The notes beneath the pieces were generated by a model. The model had not been told where the DNA came from and did no database searches. It worked only from the letters and a program-made list of their open reading frames with translations. Below are positions 27,854 through 35,135 of a stretch of DNA of 64,000 nucleotides, piece after piece. This DNA is from Crocinitomicaceae bacterium (GTDB taxonomy: Bacteria; Bacteroidota; Bacteroidia; Flavobacteriales_D; Crocinitomicaceae). The stretch spans positions 12,861 through 76,860 of the forward strand of contig JBILOX010000006.1 of the NCBI GenBank assembly GCA_044374225.1, given 5' to 3'. Positions within the stretch are counted from its first letter, which is position 1, and every line of letters begins with the position of its first letter. A program made the translations under genes and the position numbers.

Positions 27854-28528
27854 ATGAAAAAAACAATTTTAATTCTAGGTGTCGTGTTCCTGGGTGGAAT
27901 AACATTAAACAGCTGTGGAGGATCAGAAGAAAAGAATTCAGCTGAAAACAAAACAAAAAAAGGCACTGCAACAGTGAAAAATGAAAAAGTAGAAGAAGAG
28001 TCAAAACCAATAGTTAGTTTGTCAAAAAAAGAGGCCCTCGATCGAATGAAAGCTTTTTTAAAAGATAATCGAAAAAAATACAGTGATTTCGGCGAGGTAC
28101 AGGACATGTCTGCAGTTGGAGGTAATTATTCTAAAGATGGGGCACTCGACTATTTTTATACAGTAGATTTCTATCCCGGTGGTGATTTTATCTATCCTTC
28201 TCATTTTTTCTATGAATCCGATCAGGATAAAATTCGTGAGCTTTCTATAAATAAGGCTACCGATTTTATGAAAAGCATCGACGTAAAAGAAATTATAGAA
28301 GGAAAGCTCATCGGATCGGCTAATTTGTGGAATGCATTTAGTGGAGAGCATGTTGCTTGGAGATCCGTGAATGCTGAGTTTACAATTGATGGAAACAAAA
28401 TATATTTCGATAATAAATACATCTCAAAATTTAAAAAAGGAGAAAAGGAAATTGCTAGTGAATTAAAAAAAATGGAAGAAGATATGATGAATGAATCAGA
28501 TGCATATAACTCTGAATTAGCAGAATAA
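27854..28528 (+). CDS. Hypothetical lipoprotein
   Basis: 224 aa. Lipobox-like LGGITLNSC followed by a charged low-complexity linker (GGSEEKNSAENKTKKG). Confidence 0.75.
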   Translation: MKKTILILGVVFLGGITLNSCGGSEEKNSAENKTKKGTATVKNEKVEEESKPIVSLSKKEALDRMKAFLKDNRKKYSDFGEVQDMSAVGGNYSKDGALDYFYTVDFYPGGDFIYPSHFFYESDQDKIRELSINKATDFMKSIDVKEIIEGKLIGSANLWNAFSGEHVAWRSVNAEFTIDGNKIYFDNKYISKFKKGEKEIASELKKMEEDMMNESDAYNSELAE

Positions 28529-28554
28529 ATTATTAAATATTTAAAAAAGTGAAT

Positions 28555-28896
28555 ATGAAATACATTATTACACTTACATTTTTCCTTTCTACACAACTAT
28601 TGTTTTCTCAAATGGAAAATGGCAGCTATAAATTCTCAAATAACAATATTACATTGGAGTTTATTATCGAAGATGATGGTTGGGTTATTTCATCTGGGAA
28701 AGTATCAAATAACCAATCGAAAATAAGCTTTGTGGGAAAAGGTGAATATCGCAGCAAAGATGACTACGAATGGTATGAATTTCAAACGAACGAATGTAAT
28801 TACTCTTTTAGTCTCCCAACAAATAAATTGACGCTAGAAATATTCGACTGTAAAAACGGAAGTAAATCAACTGAAGTTATTTTAGAAAGAAAATAA
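28555..28896 (+). CDS. Small secreted hypothetical protein
   Basis: An ATG at 28555 (MKYIITLTFFLSTQLLFSQ signal peptide) is preferred over the GTG at 28549 used in the ORF track. Confidence 0.65.
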   Translation: MKYIITLTFFLSTQLLFSQMENGSYKFSNNNITLEFIIEDDGWVISSGKVSNNQSKISFVGKGEYRSKDDYEWYEFQTNECNYSFSLPTNKLTLEIFDCKNGSKSTEVILERK

Positions 28897-28972
28897 TTTT
28901 CAAATAGCTTAAGTTAAAAAATAGAGTATACCGAAAATCTTTAAGAGTAGGTAAAATATCAAAAATGAAAAA

Positions 28973-29482
28973 ATGAAAAAAACGATTACAATGATTGGCG
29001 CACTAATGTTGCTTTCAATTTCAATGGTAAGTTGCAGCGACGCTAATTCAGCTGAAAAAACTGACAAAGGGGCTGTTAATGAAAAGAAGGATACAACAGC
29101 TACGAAGGAAACAAATGTTGAAGTTGAAGATAAAATTGAGCCAGGAAAAATACTAAAAGTCACATTGACTTATTCTGAATCTACGCTTGACAACGAAGAT
29201 TTAGGAAATCTAACAGAAACTCTTAAAAATGGTTCTGAATTATACTTGAATGGATGCAATACTCAAAAAATTAAAAACATTAAGATTGAAGGGTCAGGTA
29301 ACCATTTGACACTGTCTATAAAATCATCTGATGGTAAAGTTATTTTTGAGAAAAAGGATTTTTCAATCGACAAATCGATCACATTAACAGAAAAAGATAA
29401 AATTACTCTTGGTTCTATTACAATCACTCAAGAAAACAAAAACTTGTTCAAAAATGCAACTTTAATTAGTGGATGTAATTAG
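28973..29482 (+). CDS. Hypothetical lipoprotein
   Basis: 169 aa. MKKTITMIGALMLLSISMVSC lipobox, then a linker SDANSAEKTDKG similar to that of the 27854 product. Confidence 0.75.
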   Translation: MKKTITMIGALMLLSISMVSCSDANSAEKTDKGAVNEKKDTTATKETNVEVEDKIEPGKILKVTLTYSESTLDNEDLGNLTETLKNGSELYLNGCNTQKIKNIKIEGSGNHLTLSIKSSDGKVIFEKKDFSIDKSITLTEKDKITLGSITITQENKNLFKNATLISGCN

Positions 29483-29526
29483 ACATTCAAAAATGAATTT
29501 AATTCAAATTCTAGCAAAAACAAAAT

Positions 29527-29928
29527 ATGAAAAAAATAATTAGCTCAATCGTAACGATTTATTGTTGTTTTTTGGCTTTTGGTCAAAGCAACATTGGTAA
29601 AGCTTCAACTGAAAATAATTCGGTTACAAATCAATTACTACAAGGGAAATGGCAAGCAGTTGACGACAAAAAGAATTTCTTGGTGTTTGACAAAAATGAA
29701 AGAAAGGAAACTGGAGATGGGTCTACTTGGGATTCTGAAACGTATGTTTTATCGAACAAATGCATGAATGAAAGCGATTTGGAAAACGGTATTGAACCTG
29801 AAAAAGATAAATATATTTCTTGTGCTGAGTCAGATTTGTGCTGGTATATTGTTTTAATAAATAAGGATTTCTTGACGCTCAGTTATATGGGAAGGGGAAA
29901 TTCTTTGGAATACAAAAGAGTAAAATAA
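29527..29928 (+). CDS. Small secreted hypothetical protein
   Basis: 133 aa. Signal peptide MKKIISSIVTIYCCFLAFGQ. No recognisable family. Confidence 0.65.
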   Translation: MKKIISSIVTIYCCFLAFGQSNIGKASTENNSVTNQLLQGKWQAVDDKKNFLVFDKNERKETGDGSTWDSETYVLSNKCMNESDLENGIEPEKDKYISCAESDLCWYIVLINKDFLTLSYMGRGNSLEYKRVK

Positions 29929-29962
29929 TTTAAAGAATTCATTTTAGTAAGTAGGTTAGGTT

Positions 29963-30112
29963 AAATCTCATCGGTGTGAGTTGGTAGGATTTATTCGTAT
30001 TGTTTTTTTTGAGAAATTTTAGTTTATTTCAAAGACCAAAACCCCTGAATCTGGAGTGTGGGAATTAATAAGTTGAAAAGAACAATAATTAATTTTCAAC
30101 TAGGTTTGAGGT
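29963..30112 (+). repeat. 3'-flank module, copy 3 (partial and diverged)
   Basis: Hairpin aaatctcatcgg...ttggtaggattt plus a spacer attgttttttttgagaaattttagtttatttcaaagaccaaaacccc homologous to 21457-21538. This is followed by the hairpin gttgaaaa-N13-ttttcaac and taggtttgaggt (compare ggtttgaggttg in copy 1). Confidence 0.75.
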
Positions 30113-30198
30113 CCAAAATACGTACTATTTTTCAATGTAATTTAGCTGATTGGCTAATCCAAGAATAGCTCTACAAATAACTTCTGCGCGAGAAAAAA

Positions 30199-30248
30199 TA
30201 AGACTGTTTCAAAAGCCTAGATGAGAAATGGGTTTTGCAACGGTCTTA
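30199..30248 (+). mobile_element. MITE-like element family B, short (50-bp) form
   Basis: taagactgtttcaaaag...gggttttgcaacggtctta. The termini are inverted repeats (TAAGACTGTT / AACGGTCTTA) and are shared with 32173-32295. Confidence 0.8.
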
Positions 30249-30366
30249 TGCTGCGATTGTCAGCAAAATAAAGACCCAACTCTAATGGCAAAGTGAAAAA
30301 TTCGATTATGAAATTATTTACGAAAGTTTTATAGTTTCATATTTCCAATAAATCCTATCTGTTTTG

Positions 30367-30374
30367 TACCTTTG
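30367..30374 (+). promoter_or_regulatory. Candidate -7 box (TACCTTTG) for holA
   Basis: Matches TAnnTTTG and lies 7 nt upstream of the ATG at 30382. Confidence 0.45.
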
Positions 30375-30381
30375 AAATCCG

Positions 30382-31380
30382 ATGGATCACAAACTCATAA
30401 TTAAAGATATTAAGAACAAAAAGCTCGAGAAGATTTATTTTCTTCACGGAGAAGAACCTTTTTATATCGACTTGATTAGTAATGCTGTTGCCGAACACGC
30501 TTTAGAAGATTTTGAGCGCGACTTTAACCAAACAGTTTTATATGGTAAAGATTGTGATATTCTCGCACTTTTAAGTGAGTTGAAATCCTATCCAATGATG
30601 TCGGAAAGGCGAGTAGTGATCTTAAAAGAAGCACAAGATTTAAAACAATTTGATGAATTAGAATCCTATCTCGATTCTCCGTTGGAATCAACAGTTTTCG
30701 TAATTTGCTACAAGTATAAAGCTTTTGATGCGCGCAAAAAGTCAATTAAAAACGCTGCAAAAAACGGAATTGTTTTTAAATCCGAAAAAGTAAAAGAGTA
30801 TCAATTATCCGAATGGATTCAAGCTTACGTTAAATCGCTAGGTTTTGGAATCACTTCAAAAGCGGGAATGCTTTTAGCGGAGTTTTTAGGAAATGACCTT
30901 GGAAGAATTGTAAAGGAAATCGAAAAATTGTCCTTGCTAATAGAAGCTGGAACTACGATAAATGAAATTCACATCGAAGAAAACATTGGGATTTCTAAAG
31001 ACTACAATATTTTTGAGTTGACAAATGCAATCGCTACAAAAGACAGCGTAAAAGCGTTTAAAATTGTTCAGTATTTCGAGTATAATCCGAAAGCGGGGGA
31101 ATTAATTGTGATTATTCCTAATTTATTTAAGTTGTTTACTCAGCTAATGAAAATTCACTTTTTACCGAATAAATCACGAGAAGCAGTTGCCCAGGCTTTA
31201 GGTGTTCATCCTTTTGTGGCTGGAGAATTGACCAATCAGCGCAATAATTATGACCCAAAAAAGTTAGCTCAAAACATTGCGACACTTCACGAATATGATT
31301 TAAAGGCTAAAGGAGTTGGAAATTCAACCTTTCCATCAGGTGAATTAATGCGCGAAATGACGTATAAACTTTTGTACTAA
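30382..31380 (+). CDS. holA: DNA polymerase III subunit delta
   Basis: 332 aa. The N-terminus IYFLHGEEPFYIDLISNAV and the overall length and layout are typical of HolA. Confidence 0.85.
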   Translation: MDHKLIIKDIKNKKLEKIYFLHGEEPFYIDLISNAVAEHALEDFERDFNQTVLYGKDCDILALLSELKSYPMMSERRVVILKEAQDLKQFDELESYLDSPLESTVFVICYKYKAFDARKKSIKNAAKNGIVFKSEKVKEYQLSEWIQAYVKSLGFGITSKAGMLLAEFLGNDLGRIVKEIEKLSLLIEAGTTINEIHIEENIGISKDYNIFELTNAIATKDSVKAFKIVQYFEYNPKAGELIVIIPNLFKLFTQLMKIHFLPNKSREAVAQALGVHPFVAGELTNQRNNYDPKKLAQNIATLHEYDLKAKGVGNSTFPSGELMREMTYKLLY

Positions 31381-32060
31381 TGGCTTCTTTTTTCGCACCA
31401 GAAATCATTTTAGAAACGAAAGCTTACACACTTTCCGAAGAAGAATCAAAACATTGTGTGCGCGTTTTACGCAAGAAAAAAGGAGATTTTTTAGAATTAT
31501 TGAATGGTAAAGGAGTGCAATTGAAAGCGCGAATCATTGATGATAATCCAAAAAAATGTTCCGTTGAAGTGCTCGAAGCTATTTTGCATCCAGAAGCTGA
31601 AAATGAAATTCATATTGCTGTTGCTCCCACAAAAAATATGGACAGAATCGAGTGGTTTTTAGAAAAAGCTACAGAACTTGGTTTAACAAAATTGACTTTT
31701 TTAAAGTGCGCCAACAACGAGCGAAACAACGTAAATTTAGAACGCATTCATAAAATTACAGTGGCTGCGATGAAGCAATCCAAACGTTTCTATTTACCTG
31801 AAATTGAAGATTTAAAATCGGTAACTGCTTTTATCAATGAAACTCCAAAAGCATACATTGGACATTGCTACGAAGAAGAAAAAGCACCATTGAAATCAAT
31901 GAACGAATTTATTCCCTTTTTAATTGGTCCAGAAGGCGATTTTTCTGAAACAGAAGTTAAATTAGCTCTGGAAAAGGGATTCATTCCAATCAATCTTAGC
32001 GAAAATCGATTGCGAACTGAAACTGCTGCGCTGACGGCTGTTTTTGGATTGGTTTATTGA
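31380..32060 (+). CDS. rsmE: 16S rRNA (uracil1498-N3)-methyltransferase
   Basis: 226 aa. Motifs KQSKRFYLPEI, GPEGDFSETE and ENRLRTETAAL are characteristic of RsmE. The start overlaps the holA stop. Confidence 0.9.
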   Translation: MASFFAPEIILETKAYTLSEEESKHCVRVLRKKKGDFLELLNGKGVQLKARIIDDNPKKCSVEVLEAILHPEAENEIHIAVAPTKNMDRIEWFLEKATELGLTKLTFLKCANNERNNVNLERIHKITVAAMKQSKRFYLPEIEDLKSVTAFINETPKAYIGHCYEEEKAPLKSMNEFIPFLIGPEGDFSETEVKLALEKGFIPINLSENRLRTETAALTAVFGLVY

Positions 32061-32172
32061 TTTTGTTATCCTAATTTAAGACTTATTTTTGCTCATATAT
32101 TTATTATTACAAATTAAATACAAAAAAAAAGACCTCTTTATTTTCTGTAAATTCAACCTTACATCATAATCT

Positions 32173-32295
32173 TAAGACTGTTTCAAAAGTTATTAATCGA
32201 GGCTTTGCAAAAATTTAATACCGGAGTTAACCCTTGTTAATGAGGATATTAAATTTTTGAAGTAACGATGAGAAATGGATTTTGCAACGGTCTTA
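32173..32295 (+). mobile_element. MITE-like element family B, long (123-bp) form
   Basis: taagactgtttcaaaagttattaatcgaggctttgcaaaaatttaataccggagtt...tattaaatttttgaagtaacgatgagaaatggattttgcaacggtctta. The two halves are largely self-complementary (caaaaatttaata / tattaaatttttg), giving a long imperfect hairpin. Confidence 0.85.
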
Positions 32296-32542
32296 ATCTT
32301 TTGATTAAAATTATTTCGAGTAAGAAAAGAGTGGTTGAGCTTTGTGTTATGAATAAGAAATAAAGGAATAATTTTAGGACAAATAGACTTTTGGATGTTA
32401 GGGTATTAAAACATTACGATAATCCTCAATTCGTTATCATCTAATCCGCAATCATCCAATTTCATTTCTAGGTGAATTCGATATTGTTTTAAAAGGCTTG
32501 TGGTTTGTCAAATGCTTTTCTTTCGTAACTTGGCACCCCAAT

Positions 32543-33277
32543 ATGCCAAGGTATTTCATAGAGATCGCTTATAACGGCGCTGACTTTCACGGTTGGCAAA
32601 AGCAACCCAACGCTCCAAGTGTTCAAGAAACGATTGAAAAATGTTTGTTTAAGCAGTTTGGAAATTCAGAAGTCCCTATTGTTGGCTGTGGAAGAACGGA
32701 TGCTGGTGTACATGCTAAACAGTACTTTTTTCACCTTGATTTAACGATGGAAGTAGATGAAATTCAATTTGTTTATAAGTTAAATCGAATGTTTCCTAAA
32801 GGAATCGCTGCCTATTCAATGAATAAGGTAGCTTCGGATTTACACGCACGTTTCGATGCTAACAAAAGAACCTATCGTTATTTTATTCATCGATCAAAAA
32901 ATCCATTTCGAGAAGAATTAAGTTGGTATTTTCCACATGATTTGGATTTTGAAAAAATGAATCAAGCAGCAAAATTATTGGTAGGTGAAAAAGATTTTGG
33001 GTCTTTCGCTAAGGCACATACGGATGTCAAAACGAATATTTGTACCGTTTTTAATGCGGAGTGGATCGCCGATGAAAATGGCTATTATTTTGAAATCAGC
33101 GCCAATCGATTTTTGAGAAATATGGTGCGTGCAATTGTTGGAACTTTGATAGATATAGGCTCAGGAAAATTGAAATTAGCAAACATTCCTGTAATTTTAG
33201 AAGCAAAAAACAGACAAGAAGCATCAGTTTCAGTTCCAGGACATGCCTTGTTCTTGTGGAAAATTGACTACGAGTGA
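32543..33277 (+). CDS. truA: tRNA pseudouridine(38-40) synthase
   Basis: The start is set at the ATG at 32543 (MPRYFIEIAYNGADFHGWQKQ), not the upstream TTG of the ORF track. Catalytic motif GCGRTDAGVHA. Confidence 0.9.
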   Translation: MPRYFIEIAYNGADFHGWQKQPNAPSVQETIEKCLFKQFGNSEVPIVGCGRTDAGVHAKQYFFHLDLTMEVDEIQFVYKLNRMFPKGIAAYSMNKVASDLHARFDANKRTYRYFIHRSKNPFREELSWYFPHDLDFEKMNQAAKLLVGEKDFGSFAKAHTDVKTNICTVFNAEWIADENGYYFEISANRFLRNMVRAIVGTLIDIGSGKLKLANIPVILEAKNRQEASVSVPGHALFLWKIDYE

Positions 33278-33855
33278 AAAAAGTAATCCTTGTTTTATTC
33301 CTCACTTTCTATGGCTACGCAATCATTCGTTACCATATAGGCAAAAATATTTCGGGTTTGATGGCGTTTTTCTTCGTACTAAATAAAGCTTTCGCATGGA
33401 CAGCAGGAACGCTTTTGATTTTGAGTGTTTTACCTTCTTACTTTTTAGAAAAATATAAGTTAAAAAGAAGAGCAATTGGCTTATTTGCGTACACAATTGC
33501 TCTAATTCATATTAACAGTTCCATTCTGTTGTTAAATGAGAAATTCTATCCAAATTTCTATTCTCATTCGTGCCTCAATTTGAATGGTTGGCTTTACATT
33601 ACCTTGGGTGTACTATCTATTTTGTTGTTCACTATTCCTTTAATTGCGAGTAAGTTAAATTTACCTGAAGGTCATTTTATGTATCGCTTTGGTCGTTACG
33701 GAATTTTAATGAACTTGGCCCACGTAGCGGCAATAGGTTTCAAAGGTTGGTTGAGTTATCAAGATTGGCCTTATTTTATGCCTCCCATCACACTGCTTTT
33801 CGTTTTTAGTGGATTGCTGATTCTTGGACTTCGGTATTTGATTTTAAGAAAATAA
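33274..33855 (+). CDS. Hypothetical integral membrane protein
   Basis: 193 aa. The GTG start overlaps the truA stop. About 6 hydrophobic segments and no recognisable catalytic motif. Confidence 0.6.
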   Translation: MKKVILVLFLTFYGYAIIRYHIGKNISGLMAFFFVLNKAFAWTAGTLLILSVLPSYFLEKYKLKRRAIGLFAYTIALIHINSSILLLNEKFYPNFYSHSCLNLNGWLYITLGVLSILLFTIPLIASKLNLPEGHFMYRFGRYGILMNLAHVAAIGFKGWLSYQDWPYFMPPITLLFVFSGLLILGLRYLILRK

Positions 33856-33862
33856 TAACTGA

Positions 33863-33955
33863 GGATTACTGATTGCGGATTACTGATTGCGGATTACTGA
33901 TTGCAAATTGATTTTTTTTAATCTGCAATCTGTAATTTTCCAATCTGCAATCTAA
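33863..33955. terminator. Low-complexity tandem/inverted repeat between convergent genes (probable bidirectional terminator)
   Basis: ggattactgattgc x3, then gattgcaaattgattttttttaatctgcaatc, which forms an inverted repeat, plus further aatctgcaatc copies. Confidence 0.55.
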
Positions 33956-33957
33956 TT

Positions 33958-34665
33958 CTACCTGTTTTGAGCCTCCCAAGCGCGATATAACTCAAAGTAA
34001 CTTTTTGTTTCAACCACAATTGCTCCGCCCAGAGTATCTCCATATTTTGCTGGAAGCCCGCCTGTATAAACCATCATTCTGCTAATTGAACAACTCGGTA
34101 CATTAAAAACTTCATTGCATTTAATTCCGTCTAAAACATAGATCATATCTCCTTTACGTGCACCTCGGAACATCAATTGACCATCTTCGTCCATTTTAAT
34201 TTCAGAAGACATTGAAGTTGCCATTCCTGCCACACTAAATTTTAAAGTACTTTTCGTAATCTCCTCTGAAGTTAACTCTTTCACAGGTAAAAAACCTTTT
34301 ACTAATCTAACAGGTGGTTTAACTCTAACTTCAACTAAAGATAGAACTTTTGATTCAAATTTTATGGTACCCAAATCACACAATGCTTCAATTGGAACAT
34401 CGCATTTAATGTTTGAAAGTGTATCGCCCAAATACGTGATTTTCATTAAATACTTTCCCGCTGGAATCTCAGAAATTCTAAATCTTCCGTCGGCATCTAC
34501 TGTCGATTGGTATTTTCTACCATTATCATCAACAACTGCTCGCGCTCCAAATAACTTTTCACCTGTTTTAAGAGAAATTACTGTTCCAACGATATCGCCT
34601 GTTACTTGTTGTCCAAATGTGCTTCCTGCTATCAATAACATCCACACTGATACTAACTTTTTCAT
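33958..34665 (-). CDS. Carboxypeptidase-regulatory-like plus TonB-dependent-receptor Plug-like domain protein (no barrel)
   Basis: 235 aa. Signal peptide MKKLVSVWMLLIAGSTFGQ. GTVISLKTGEKLFGARAVV...DADGRFRISEIPAGKY is CarbopepD_reg-like. FRGARKGDMIYVLDGI is Plug-like. The ORF ends without any beta-barrel region. Confidence 0.7.
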   Translation of the reverse strand: MKKLVSVWMLLIAGSTFGQQVTGDIVGTVISLKTGEKLFGARAVVDDNGRKYQSTVDADGRFRISEIPAGKYLMKITYLGDTLSNIKCDVPIEALCDLGTIKFESKVLSLVEVRVKPPVRLVKGFLPVKELTSEEITKSTLKFSVAGMATSMSSEIKMDEDGQLMFRGARKGDMIYVLDGIKCNEVFNVPSCSISRMMVYTGGLPAKYGDTLGGAIVVETKSYFELYRAWEAQNR

Positions 34666-34808
34666 GGTTTTAAGTTTTATTTCTTTTAAGATGCAAAGCG
34701 GGTAACTTTTCCATAAATTTATTGTTTATTTTTTGGATGGTATCGGTTCAATACTAAAATTTGCACCATAGATTCGTAACGCAATTGTTTCACTTCCTGC
34801 TAGTAGTA

Positions 34809-34913
34809 ATACCGAAGTTGTTTTCAATTGTCGTGTAGAATACTCGTTGAAAACTAACTCGGCATTATACCAGATAGATTTTCAATTACGTCATTTAACA
34901 AGTAAATTGGTAT
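34809..34913 (-). mobile_element. 105-bp MITE-like element (family A), copy 2, inverted
   Basis: The reverse complement is 105/105 identical to 27446-27550. Confidence 0.9.
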
Positions 34914-34982
34914 AATTTCACTTTTTAGCTACCTAAACTAAAATTTATGTTGCTCCATTGTTAATAATCAACTAAAGATGCT

Positions 34983-34990
34983 TAAATTTG
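34983..34990 (+). promoter_or_regulatory. Candidate -7 box (TAAATTTG) of the ilv operon promoter
   Basis: Matches TAnnTTTG. A TTG at 34958-34960 could be the -33 element. The box lies 16 nt upstream of the leader-peptide ATG. Confidence 0.5.
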
Positions 34991-35006
34991 CAGAACAATT
35001 AAAAAA

Positions 35007-35060
35007 ATGACTCAACAAAAAAACATTAACGTAATTATTATCGTTCCAAGCGACCGGTGA
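35007..35060 (+). CDS. Candidate ilv leader peptide (17 aa, MTQQKNINVIIIVPSDR)
   Basis: A short ORF between the promoter box and a strong terminator, directly upstream of ilvE. Six of seven consecutive codons (INVIIIV) encode Ile or Val. Confidence 0.6.
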   Translation: MTQQKNINVIIIVPSDR

Positions 35061-35085
35061 GAAAGTGTTATAACTATATAATTCG

Positions 35086-35117
35086 AAGCCTTTCTCTCAA
35101 CAGAAAGGCTTTTTTTT
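35086..35117 (+). terminator. Attenuator terminator of the ilv leader
   Basis: aagcctttct-ctcaac-agaaaggctt followed by a T-run (35111-35117). It ends 18 nt before the ilvE ATG. The upstream gagaaag (35059-35065, overlapping the leader stop codon) is complementary to ctttctc (35090-35096) in the left terminator arm, giving a candidate antiterminator. Confidence 0.7.
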
Positions 35118-35135
35118 GAACTAAAAAAAACAAGT

